NCBI GenBank assembly: GCA_963797555.1
Contig: CAWCPV010000004.1
Location: 256,001-320,000, forward strand
Length of the DNA: 64,000 bases
Source of the DNA: an uncultured Gammaproteobacteria bacterium
Lineage (GTDB): Bacteria > Pseudomonadota > Gammaproteobacteria > CAWCPV01
Direction: 5' to 3'
Of this stretch, positions 31,817 through 42,115 are shown one piece after another. Position numbers and translations under genes: made by a program. The notes beneath the pieces are model-generated. The model made no database searches. It saw only the letters and a program-made list of their open reading frames with translations, and was not told where the DNA came from. How positions within the stretch are numbered: position 1 is the first letter of the stretch; every line of letters starts with the position of its first letter.

Positions 31817-33059
31817 GGGCACCTCGAAAAATTGGCGCGGCGGGCGGCTGCCCGGTAGACTGGCGCCAGTTCGTGGCCGATGAGGAACAGAGCGATGCCC
31901 CAGCCCGGATTCTTCGACCTCGATGAGCGCTATGAGCGTCTGAGCCGGCTCGGTGACCCCCTGGTGCACATCCAGCAGGTGGTCGACTGGGAGGGTTTTC
32001 GCCCCCGGCTTGAGTGCTTGCGGGACAGGCCGCGCAAGAGCAACGCGGGGCGCAAGCCCTACGATGCTGTGCTCATGTTCAAGGTGCTCGTTCTGCAGCA
32101 CCTGTACAACGTGAGTGACGAGGGCATCGAGTACCCGATTCGGGACCGATACTCCTTCAGCCGATTCCTGGGGCTGTTGCCCGAGGACCGGGTGCCCGAT
32201 GCCACCACCGTATGGCTGTTTCGCGAGGCGCTGGCGAAGGAGAACGCCGTGCAAGAGCTGTTTCGGGCCTTCAACCAGCAGCTCGAGCGGCGGGGGTTCA
32301 TCGCCCGCAAGGGACAGATCATCGATGCGAGCATCGTCTCGGCCCCCGAGCAGCGCAACAGCCGGGAAGAGAACGATGCCCTCAAGCGGGGCGAGACGCC
32401 CGAGGCCTGGAAGGACAAGCCCGCCAAGCTTCGTCAAAAGGACACCGAGGCGCGCTGGACCAAGAAACATGGCAAGAGCTATTACGGGTACAAGAACCAC
32501 GTGAGCGTGGACGCTGCCCACAAGCGGGTGCGCAGGTAGGTCTTCGAGCCGCTGCTCGATCGCGCCAACACCAGCACCGAGGTCTGGGCCGACAGCGCCT
32601 ACCGCTCCGAGGAGACCGAGCGGCTGCTGCGTAAGAAGGGGCTCAGGAGCCGGATTCACCGCCGGGGTCACCGCCACAAGGCGCTCAGCGTGTACCAGCA
32701 AGCGCTCAACCGGCGCCGCTCAAGCATCCGGGTGCGCGTCGAGCATGTCTTCGGCTCCCAGCACAACGAGCAAGGCGGCAAGCTCGTGCGAACCATCGGA
32801 GGGGTGCGTGCGAGGGCCAAGATAGGGCTCATGAATCTCGTCTACAACATGCCCCGGCTGAGCTACCTGGTCAGCTCAGGCGGTAAAGGTCCGATGCCGG
32901 CACCGGCCTGATCGCCGCCGGAGCCTCCGCCCGGCGCCCGCAAGGCGAGCGGGAGCCCTCCCAAAACCCCTCAAAAACCACTCGCTTCGCCCCCATTCTC
33001 CTATCCGTGACCCGATCGGAGCGACCGACCGGCGCCAAAACCAATTATTCGAGGTGCCC
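31817..33059 (+). mobile_element. IS5-family element, copy 1 (defective)
   Basis: TIRs GGGCACCTCGAAAAATTGG / CCAATTATTCGAGGTGCCC; 4-bp TSD TTGA at 31813-31816 and 33060-33063. Confidence 0.92.
31894..32911 (+). pseudogene. IS5 transposase with in-frame TAG at 32537-32539 and a small internal deletion
   Basis: GRKPYD, VPDATT, IDAS, GYKNH, WADSAY and RVEHVFG all in one frame. Confidence 0.9.
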
Positions 33060-33215
33060 TTGAAGTAAAGCAACCGAGAACATCGAGTCAACGTCAATCG
33101 GGGCGATAAAGCGAAAACTCGAGACCCATTCAGCCCGGACCGCCCGAGAGCTGTGTCTTTGGACCGTCCGGTAAGAAAGGTGGCATTGCGTGAGCAACAT
33201 CATGTGCATGAAGCC

Positions 33216-33507
33216 ATGGTCCTAAACGCAGTACGCCAGTTCCTACGTCTGGAATCAGCTAGTGGCCTATTGCTCGTCGTCGCAGCCGTGGCTGCGATGT
33301 TGGCCGCGAACACCCCGTTCAGACCACTTTATGATGCCTTACTCGAAACCCCTCTAGAGATTCGCGTCGGTCACTTGGAGATAGCCAAGCCATTGCTGCT
33401 GTGGGTAAATGACGGACTCATGGCTATTTTCTTTTTTCTTGTGGGGCTGGAGATCAAGCACGAGACGGTCAGAGGAGAGCTTTCGACCGCGGGGCGCGTC
33501 GGTTTAC
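33216..33507 (+). pseudogene. nhaA: Na+/H+ antiporter NhaA, N-terminal fragment truncated by ISL3
   Basis: FLRLESASGLLL...WVNDGLMAIFFFLVGLEIK...GELS; ends at an ISL3 terminus. Confidence 0.9.
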
Positions 33508-33950
33508 GGCTCTTTCCGGAATCGTGTGGGTAGCAATGGCTATGGCGTGGGGGCATCTGCCTGATCTCTGACACCAGGGGGTGTGTTGAACGGCGAGGCG
33601 GGCAGGTGGGCGAGATTGCCGGCGATGAGGTAGGCGATGGTGATGAGCGAGTGCGTGGTGCGGTAGCCCCGGGCGCGAGCCTTGGCGGCCTGGATGAGGG
33701 AGTTGATGCCCTCGGCGCGGCCGTTGGTGAGGCCTGAGTGGAACGCGGCGAGTACGCCGTCCCAATGCTCTTTGAGGGTGGTGGCGAGGCGCTTCATGGG
33801 CTGCAGACGGCTACGCCGTGCCCAGCTATACCAGCGCCCGAGGGCGCTCTCGGCCTGCTCGAGGGTGCTGGCCGTGGCGTAGATATCGCGTAGCGCCTCC
33901 TTGAGGCGCCAGGCGCGGGCGGTCTGGAGGCGGGCGCGGGAGAGCCAGTG
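33508..33950 (-). mobile_element. ISL3 fragment (3' end of transposase plus right IR), variant isoform
   Basis: IR GGCTCTTTCCGGAATCGTGTGG at 33508; TNGRAEGINSLIQAAKARARGY; highly similar to 37006-37450. Confidence 0.9.
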
Positions 33951-33975
33951 CAGAACTCCTGACTTGGCGCTAAAT

Positions 33976-34782
33976 TCAATGCGACTGGACGGTGTCGTAG
34001 ACCAGGCGCAGGTGGGTGCCAGGGTATTTCATCTGCTGGGTATTCAGATATTCGCAAAGAGCGATGAGAGCTTGTTGAGATCGATTATTGGCCAAGCCGT
34101 AGAGACGCACCCGCAATTCATGGCGCTGGTAATCCGGGATAATATCGCCGGGTAAGCAGAACACGGCTTTGAGGAAGGCGCGAACTTCGTCGTCGTGGCG
34201 CACGAAAAAGGGTTCGACAATGCTCGCGAGACAACTCTCACTGCGATAAGCGACGACCTTGATGAGCTGGGTAATGGTTTTTCGTTCGCGTTCGTGATGT
34301 ACGATCTTGTCCGCCTCATAAATGCTCTTCAATGGCACGCGCTTTTCCATCGCGTTGATGCGTTCGCTGAGTTGCTCGCATTGCCTTTCCAATCGTTCGA
34401 TGGCCTCTGTCGCCTTCTCTTGCTTCGCCGTCGATGCCCTGTTACGTTGGTGCTTGCCACGCTGGGCGTAGGCTCTGCCGAGCTGCGCCTTGGTTGCCTG
34501 GAGCGATTTTATCAGCGCTCGGCGCTCAGGATTGGGAACCATCCGCTCAGGATCGGCTGGTTCGGTGGCATAGGTGCTCAAGTGGTCGATGTTGAATTCG
34601 TCCTGCAGGTATTTGAAGAAGTTCTCTTGGCGCCAACGGCCGAACATGCGATGGGCGATCTCTGCGGCAGGTAAGTCCTGCCGGGTCGTCAGGATCGCGC
34701 TCTGATGTCCGTTTTTGCATAAGCGGCGGATCTCGCGCATCCACAAGGCGGGTTGTTTGCGATTGGCAGCGATGACCTGCAC
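33976..34782 (-). pseudogene. Putative transposase, C-terminal portion
   Basis: MFGRWRQENFFK (IS4-like RW..E motif) followed by VPNP and a coiled coil. Confidence 0.8.
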
Positions 34783-34804
34783 GCTGCACTCGGCCAGACT
34801 ATAG

Positions 34805-35790
34805 CCTGGATCCGTGACTTGAATCTCCGAGCGCCCGGGGCGCGAGAGAATGGGAGCTATTCTCAGTTGAGTTGGTTAGTTTTTAGCCAACCGGTGACGC
34901 CGGCTATGTACAGCGGGCGTAGACCCTCGTCGGCGCAGGAGTGACGGCGGGGCTTTGAGGCTTGGACGCTGAATTTCGGGCGTAGGTTTACACCGGGGTC
35001 TGGTGAGGCCCGGGTCGAGTTTCTATGGAGGTCGTCCTATCTACCCGAAGGCGAGTTGGTAATACACCTGCTCGAAGGCGCGGAAGCCGGGACAGAGCCG
35101 GCTGAAGCGCAGCTTCAGTCTGCGGGCGGTGGCGACCAACCGGGCGGCGAGGTACATCAGTTCCTGGAGGACGGTCTTGATCCGCCGGCGCTTGGCCGGA
35201 TGGCGCAGGGGAGCCGACTCGCCGGTCAGCCCGATGAGCCCGATGAAGCGCAGGATGTTGTAGGCGAACACGGCAAAGGCGAGCACCAGGTCATTGGTGT
35301 CGAATTTCCCGGAGGGCAGCCGTTCGATATCGAGGTCGGTCTTGAACTCGCTGTGGCGCTCGGCGCGCTCCAGCCAATGGGCAGGGTCCTCGCCCCGAGG
35401 GTTCCACTGGATAATGAAGTCCACCTCCTCTTCGAGGTAGCGCAGCCGGTTCTCCAAGGCGTCGTGGGCGCTGTCCTGGCGCACCAGCAGCGGCAGTTTG
35501 GTCAGGCGCCTGGCCCGCGGCAGGATGCGCTCCCAGACCTAGCCGAATTCCTTCTGACTGTGCTGCTTGCCTTCTCGCAGCTCACAGCCGACGCACCACC
35601 CTTCGGTTCCCACGTAGGTCGCGATCGGCGCATAACCGTCATAGCCGTGGTAGGTGCGCGAGACTCCTTCTTGCTTGGTCCCGGAGTTGTCCATGGGAAA
35701 GACATCGATGTCCACCGGCACATGACCGGTCTTGAGCGCACTGACCGGTGCCTTGGCGTTGACCATGAACTCGATATCGGCCTCGTACAA
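34805..35790 (-). mobile_element. IS1380-family remnant
   Basis: DID...DNSGTKQEGVSRTY, an in-frame stop, DSAHD and HSEFKTDLDIERLPSGKF.TN; IS1380-like end CCTGGATCCGTG at 34805. Confidence 0.85.
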
Positions 35791-36246
35791 CACCGCCGCC
35801 AAGTCCTCACCCTTCGCTAAACCCTGCGTCATGAACACCGCCCCGAGGTAACGCTTAGCCGTCGTATCCGTACGCGCGCAGCTCATCAACGGACCGGAGG
35901 CATTCATGAACACGAGTTCCTTGGGCGTTTCGATGACCGTCAACCGCAAACCCAATGTCACAGCCTGTTCGGGCAGCAGGGGAAGCTCAATGGTGCCTGG
36001 CATAGCATTCCTCTGGTCTCGTATTTATATTTCGATACCAGCATCGATTATAGCGCCTTCTCAATCGGTTAGGTAGCGCATGTCAGGAGTTTCTGCAGTG
36101 GCTCTCCCGCGCCCGCCTCCAGACCGCCCACGCCTGGCGCCTCAAGGAGGCGCTGCGCGATATCTACGCCACGGCCAGCACCCTCGAGCAGGCTGCTCGG
36201 CGCCCTGTATCGGCGTGGGCCATGCTACAGCAGCGCCGAGCAGTAC

Positions 36247-36834
36247 GTGTACGATCACGATTTTCGTCACCTGGCCAGCGGTCTGTTGGTGCCCCATGGC
36301 GTTTACGACTACTTCGCCAACGTCGGCTTCCTGACGCTGGGCACCTCGCGGGAAACCAGTGCGTTCGTCTGCGAGGCCATCGCACTGGCGTGGGAGGAGG
36401 ACCGCCGCGCCCATTACCCCGAGGCTGAGGAGATCCTGTTGCTCTGCGACGCCGGCGGCGCCAACGCCGCGCGCTCCCATCGCTTCAAGGAAGACCTCGT
36501 GGCGCTCGCCAAGCGCTTGGGGCGTCGCCTGCGTATCGCGCACTACCCGCCTTATACTTCCAAGTGGAATCCCATTGAGCACCGCTTGTTCAGCCACGTC
36601 GAGCGACCCTGGCGCGCCGTCATCCTGGACTCACCCCAGACCGCACTGGAAACCGTAGAGCGTACCCATACCAAAACTGGCTTGCGGGTTACCGCCCGTA
36701 TTCTCGACACAAGCTACGCACTGGGGCGGAAGTGCTCCGATACATTCCACGCTATTAAAGACAAATTTATTCGCCACGATGAAGTTCTCGGACAGTGGAA
36801 CTATGTCGTGGATCCCAGCGGATCATTTTCATAA
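36247..36834 (+). pseudogene. ISAzo13-family transposase, C-terminal fragment
   Basis: DHDF, PHGVYD, CDAGGAN, HYPPYTSKWNPIEHRLFS and WNY. Confidence 0.88.
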
Positions 36835-37005
36835 AATGTTTTACTGTTTTTGCACCGTCACTAAGGATACCTCGGCAAGCCGGTAACGGGCGCCTCAGAG
36901 TGGCTTCGGCTTTGGTGCGGCTCTTCTTAAACGACGCCGGGCGCGCGGGAAACAAGGACTTAGCGAGGTAGCGCCGGACAGGCATGGAAGAAGGGGCTCA
37001 TTTGG

Positions 37006-38519
37006 GGTTCTTACCGGAATCGTGTGGGTAGATATGCTTACGCTGCGGCAGCCTCTGCCTGAGGTCTGACACAAGATCGTGTGTTGAACGGCGAGGCCGG
37101 CAAGTGGGCCAGGTTGCCCGCGATGAGGTAGGCGATGGTGATGAGCGAGTGCGTGGTGCGGTAGCCCCGGGCGCGGGCTTTGGCGGCCTGGATGAGGGAG
37201 TTGATGCCCTCGGCGCGGCCGTTGGTGAGGCCGGAGTCGAACGCGGCGAGCACACCGTCCCAGTGGTCTTTCAGGGTAGTGGCGAGGTGTTTCATGGGTT
37301 GCAGGCGGCTACGCCGTGCCCAGCTATACCAGCGCGTGAGCGCGGTCTCGGCCTGCTCGAGGGTGCTGGCCGTGGCGTAGATATCGCGCAGCGCCTCCTT
37401 GAGGCGCCAGGCGCGGGCGGTCTTGAGCCGGGCGCGGGAGAGCCAGTGAAAGTCGGTGAGCTGCTCCCAGGTCCAGTCGTGGGCGTCTTTGAGCCAGGTC
37501 CAGCGGGTGCCTCTGAGGGCGGGCTCGGTCTTGACCTCCTCGCGGTGCACTGTATCGACGGCCTGGTTGGCGAGCTGGATGACATGGAAGGCATCGAAGC
37601 TCACCGTGGCTTTAGGCAGATGCTTGGTCACCCCGGCGAGATAAGCGGCGGACAGGTCGATGCACACCTGCTCGATGGCCTGCGGGTCGCCCCCGTGCGC
37701 CTGGAGGTCGGCGGCAAAGGCCGCCACGGTGCTCCGGTCGCGGCCCTCGCAGGCGAACAGCAGGCGTTTGCCCGTGAGGTCATGGAACAGGCTGATGTAG
37801 TGCTGCCCACGCCGGGCGGCGGTCTCGTCCAGGCCCACGGCGCGCACCGGGGAGTGGTCCTCCTGGGCGCGGGCCGCCTCCACGTAGTGCTCGAGCACCC
37901 CCCACAGGCGCTCATCGCCCACGCCCAGGTGCCGGGCGACGGTCGCCACCGGCATCGCCTGGCACAGCGTCACCACCAGTGCCTCCATCAGCGCCGTGAA
38001 GCCACTCTGTGCGCGCGCCCACGGCGGCTCGACCTGAGTCGTCTTGCCGCAGCTCTCACAGCGCACTCGCGGCAGATGCGCGTGCAGGTCTGCCCGCGAC
38101 TTAAAGAAGCTCAGGTGCTGCCAGCTGCGCTTGCGGGTATCATGCACCGGCTGGCCTGGCGCTCCGCACGCCGGGCAGGCGAAGCGGCTCCCCTTGGCAA
38201 AGGCCACCTCGAGGTCGATGCGCCCAGCCTCGGGGTCAAAGCGTACGCCGGTGACTTCCCAAGGCGCCGTGAGACCCAGTGCCGTCGTGAATAGATGCGT
38301 TGGCTCCATGGCGCTCCCCCCTTGATGGCCTGTGGATTTGTGGACGAGTCCTGCGGAGCGGCCCGCGTCCCAAGGACCGTGTGGACAACCTCCCGGTTGC
38401 CCACACTCGCGGGCCTCTCGCCCACAACCCCACAGGCCAACCACAAGATGTTGTGATAGACGATTGCTCAGAACGGATGCTACTCGACCACCACGATCCA
38501 CACAATTACCGAAAGAGCC
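37006..38519 (-). mobile_element. ISL3-family element, complete copy 1
   Basis: IRs GGCTCTTTCGGTAATTGTGTGG / GGTTCTTACCGGAATCGTGTGG; 8-bp TSD TCATTTGG at 36998-37005 and 38520-38527. Confidence 0.95.
37038..38309 (-). CDS. ISL3 transposase (intact)
   Basis: CPAC/C..CG zinc finger, GLDET, CIDLS, FDAFHVIQ and TNGRAEGIN. Confidence 0.95.
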   Translation of the reverse strand: MEPTHLFTTALGLTAPWEVTGVRFDPEAGRIDLEVAFAKGSRFACPACGAPGQPVHDTRKRSWQHLSFFKSRADLHAHLPRVRCESCGKTTQVEPPWARAQSGFTALMEALVVTLCQAMPVATVARHLGVGDERLWGVLEHYVEAARAQEDHSPVRAVGLDETAARRGQHYISLFHDLTGKRLLFACEGRDRSTVAAFAADLQAHGGDPQAIEQVCIDLSAAYLAGVTKHLPKATVSFDAFHVIQLANQAVDTVHREEVKTEPALRGTRWTWLKDAHDWTWEQLTDFHWLSRARLKTARAWRLKEALRDIYATASTLEQAETALTRWYSWARRSRLQPMKHLATTLKDHWDGVLAAFDSGLTNGRAEGINSLIQAAKARARGYRTTHSLITIAYLIAGNLAHLPASPFNTRSCVRPQAEAAAA

Positions 38520-39435
38520 TCATTTGGGATATGAGACAAGCAGAGACGAGCCTTATGCGACATACGCGGGAGGCCCCTTCCATGAGAGCTTATAGCACGC
38601 TGCCGCTGCCATGGAGCACCACAGCGCTGCTGTCGCCCAGTTTGAGCGCCTGCTCGGAAGTCTCGGGCACGAGCAGAGCCAGAGGTTGAGCCACGGGAGT
38701 TGGAGGCGCTGGTGCACAGGGAAGGCAACGAGCTGCTGCGCCGATTGACCCAGGGTACCTGGACCAGACGAAGTGCCAAGGAGCTGGTGCGCGAGCACGT
38801 GCTAGCCGAGGATGGGGTGGCCAAAGGGCAGGCCAAGGAGGTGGCGGTGCAGCTGAGCCAGGACTTCGTACCTTCTATGCTATGGCGCTATGCGCAGCCG
38901 CCGGCGCCCGTGCCCGAGGTGGGGGTCCAGCAGATCCTGGTGATCAGCGCCTCGCGACGCCGCTATCGGACGTGCAGCAGATGAAACCACAAGCTCTCAG
39001 TCCGCTCCCAGGTGCGGGCGTTCCGCCGTGGGTCGCAATGTCGGAACCGGCGAACGGGCGCGGATGCCCTGTGCGGTGGCTGCGTGCGAGCGTGGTTGGC
39101 GACGGCTCAGGTACGTGAGCTTGCGAGACCCGTTGGGGGTAGAATATTCAGGACGGGCTCTCCGCGCGCGTGTCCCGCGGGGTGGTACAGTGGCGTGCCG
39201 ATTCGTCGGCTGGTGCACATCTGGAACGTTTCTTGCTTAATGCTACGCAGCGATCCCAGCGCGCCAGGCCGCCGACGGCCTCTTTTAGCTGCGCTTTCTA
39301 TGGAAGCAGTCCGGGGTCACGTCAGGTTGCGGCGTCGAGCCGACAAAAAATTGTGCGACCCTCTTCCCGCCGTCTTCCACCCCTAAGTTTCTTATCACCA
39401 TACTGGGGTGGCGCTAGACGCAATAACTGTTAGGT

Positions 39436-39804
39436 ATGAAAATACCACACGACAAGATTGATTTCGATGAGTGGATGGTGCTCGCACGTTCCGACCCCGA
39501 CGAGTTTGAGAGGAGGCGTCGAATCCTGATCGAGAAGACCATCTCCCGTGCTTCGGCGCGTTCTCAGCCTCGGCTACGGTGCCTACAGTGGCGCATTGAC
39601 ATGGAGCGCCACCGCGCGCGGACCCCCTTGGCTGCCTGTCTGCGCCTCTCATCGATGATGTGGGACTCGGTGGTCGGGGAGTCGGGGTTGCTCCACGCTC
39701 TCGATGCTTTTCGCAAAGGTAATCTTACCGCCACTCGCTGCCCGGGCGCCGGCAGCGACAATCATGGTATTCCCACGACACCCTCCGCGTCGAGACAGTT
39801 GTAG
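39436..39804 (+). CDS. DUF3135 domain protein
   Basis: DFDEW..LA..DP.EFE..R, RL..LQWRID..R and P...C..LS.MMW. Confidence 0.8.
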   Translation: MKIPHDKIDFDEWMVLARSDPDEFERRRRILIEKTISRASARSQPRLRCLQWRIDMERHRARTPLAACLRLSSMMWDSVVGESGLLHALDAFRKGNLTATRCPGAGSDNHGIPTTPSASRQL

Positions 39805-39917
39805 CTGAGTACTGGCGCCCGAAGTGGCCTTGGCGGACTCAGACGCGAGGGCCGGCCCAGAGGCTGTCGCGCACCCCCAAGAGAGAGTCGGCTGGCGGGT
39901 AATGTCCTGCTAAGAAC

Positions 39918-40100
39918 CTAACCGTCGTCGTTTTCCCACGAATTCTCGGCCACCTCCTTGACCGCTACAGACTTTCCGGGCCCCGGGTACTGGCGTTCGA
40001 GTACAGCGCAAGCATGCTTAGAATCCGTCGCTCTCAGCATGCCAGTGCATGTCCGGCCTTCGACCACAAGGTAAACCTGATACGTAAACACTCTCATCAC
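39918..40100 (-). CDS. Small hypothetical protein
   Basis: 60-aa ORF preceded by a GAGGA RBS-like sequence; non-repetitive composition. Confidence 0.45.
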   Translation of the reverse strand: MMRVFTYQVYLVVEGRTCTGMLRATDSKHACAVLERQYPGPGKSVAVKEVAENSWENDDG

Positions 40101-40713
40101 ATGATCCTCTGCCCCGGGTCGACCGGCGGGGGTTCGTGTGCATCCGGTGATGGATGGGTGCGGGACGCGGCAGGGTCAACAACATCGTCTTGGAGCATCC
40201 GGAAGTGAAGTAGACCACCAAGTGCATGTATTGTGCCACTTGCACGGGTGTTGCGCGCGCGTGCGGCGCCTGCTTGCGATGCGCCAAGTTGGTCGCAAGA
40301 GCGCACCATCGTGGTGCCCAACCACTCGCGGGATGATCGCGTTCCGCAGGTTGAGGTCGCGGCACGTGGTCTTCCCGATGTCCATCGGCTCTGGTCAAGT
40401 TGGCCAACGATAACGGAGGCCACACCCGCGGGGGCGAACGGAGACACACCAGAAGGGATAACGCAAACGGACCTTGGTCAGATGGTCACTGCTTTGCTAA
40501 AGGTCGAGGCGGGCACCCAGAAGCGGGCGGCCACCGGCTTTGCCGCTTGGGATTGTGGTGTGCCTACACGTGGGGTTCGCGAGCGGCCGTCGAGGCGCGG
40601 CCCGCGGGCGCGAAACGACTTCATCTCCAACTGGCCGCCCGGGTCGGGTCCTCCACCGCGACGGACACCTCAAACAGACGGGCGCGGGGTTGACCGCGTG
40701 GATTCGGTAGTCA

Positions 40714-42027
40714 GGGCACCTCGAAAAATTGGCACTGGGGGCGGCTGCCCGGTAGACTGGCGCCAGTTCGTGGCCGATGAGGAACAGAGCGATGCCCCAG
40801 CCCGGATTCTTCGACCTCGACGAGCGCTATGAGCGTCTGAGCCGGCTCGGTGACCCCCTGGTGCACATCCAGCAGGTGGTCGACTGGGAAGCCTTTCGTC
40901 CCCGGCTTGAGCGTTTGCGGGACAAGCCGCGCAAGAGCAACGCGGGGCGCAAGCCCTACGATGCTTGTGCTCATGTTCAAGGTGCTCGTTCTGCAGCACC
41001 TGTACAACGTGAGCGACGAGGGCATCGAGTACCCGATTCGGGACCGTTACTCCTTCAGCCGATTCCTGGGGCTGTTGCCCGAGGACCGGGTGCCCGATGC
41101 TACCACGGCGTGGCTGTTTCGCGAGGCGCTGGCGAAGGAGAACGCCGTGCAAGAGCTGTTTCGGGCCTTCAACCAGCAGATCGAGCGGCGGGGGTTCATC
41201 GCCCGCAAGGGACAAATCATCGATGCCAGGAAAGCTGTTAGCTGGAGAGCCTAAGCACATAGTGGTTCATCGCCCGCAAGGGACAGATCATCGATGCGAG
41301 CATCGTCTCGGCCCCCGAGCAGCGCAACAGCCGGGAAGAGAACGATGCCCTCAAGCGGGGCGAGACGCCCGAGGCCTGGAAGGACAAGCCCGCCAAGCTT
41401 CGTCAAAAGGACACCGAGGCGCGCTGGACCAAGAAACATGGCAAGAGCTATTACGGGTACAAGAACCACGTGAGCGTGGACGCTGCCCACAAGCGGGTGC
41501 GCAGGTAGGTCTTCGAGCCGCTGCTCGATCGCGCCAACACCAGCACCGAGGTCTGGGCCGACAGCGCCTACCGCTCCGAGGAGACCGAGCGGCTGCTGCG
41601 TAAGAAGGGGCTCAGGAGCCGGATTCACCGCCGGGGTCACCGCCACAAGGCGCTCAGCGTGTACCAGCAAGCGCTCAACCGGCGCCGCTCAAGCATCCGG
41701 GTGCGCGTCGAGCATGTCTTCGGCTCCCAGCACAACGAGCAAGGCGGCAAGCTCGTGCGAACCATCGGAGGGGTGCGTGCGAGGGCCAAGATAGGGCTCA
41801 TGAATCTCGTCTACAACATGCCCCGGCTGAGCTACCTGGTCAGCTCAGGCGGTAAAGGTCCGATGCCGGCACCGGCCTGATCGCCGCCGGAGCCTCCGCC
41901 CGGCGCCCGCAAGGCGACGGGAGCCCTCCCAAAACCCCTCAAAAACCACTCGCTTTGACCCAATTCCCTCATCCGTGACTCGATCAGAGGGACCGACCGG
42001 CGCCAAAACCAATTATTCGAGGTGCCC
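40714..42027 (+). mobile_element. IS5-family element, copy 2 (rearranged or chimeric)
   Basis: Same TIRs as copy 1; flanks GTCA and ATCA do not form an exact TSD; internal 34-bp duplication around a 37-bp insert; same TAG lesion as copy 1. Confidence 0.9.
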
Positions 42028-42115
42028 ATCAATGGGATCCGGGCTCCCACCCGCGACGTCGACCGAGCGGGAGGTCGCAGAGATCGGAGGCGATCGCGAG
42101 GATGCACCCCGCCCT

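Larger units (their letters stand above)
33951..36095 (-). mobile_element. Unclassified DDE-type IS, internally disrupted by IS1380
   Basis: TIRs CAGAACTCCTGACTTGGCGCTA / CAGAAACTCCTGACATGCGCTA; 5-bp TSD CAGTG at 33946-33950 and 36096-36100; transposase N-terminus at 36003-35790 and C-terminus at 34782-33976. Confidence 0.8.
33853..36193. repeat. Long inverted repeat, arms 33853-33963 and 36082-36193
   Basis: The two arms are near-identical reverse complements, each made of ISL3-internal sequence plus the TIR of the enclosed element. Confidence 0.9.
36914..38960 (+). mobile_element. ISKra4-family remnant interrupted by ISL3
   Basis: End-like GGTGCGGCTCTTCTT at 36914; frameshifted transposase at ~38581-38960 (LEALV.REGNELLRRL.QG; KEVAVQLSQDF; ILVIS). 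Confidence 0.6.

Noticed and set aside
32537-32539. Amber read-through (pyrrolysine) in the IS5 transposase
   Set aside because: The TAG coincides with loss of a conserved segment, and no pyl genes or other recoded ORFs are seen.
41193-41297. CRISPR-like repeat-spacer-repeat (34/37/34 bp)
   Set aside because: There are only two units, the repeat is IS5 transposase coding sequence (also at ~32294), and there is no leader or cas gene.
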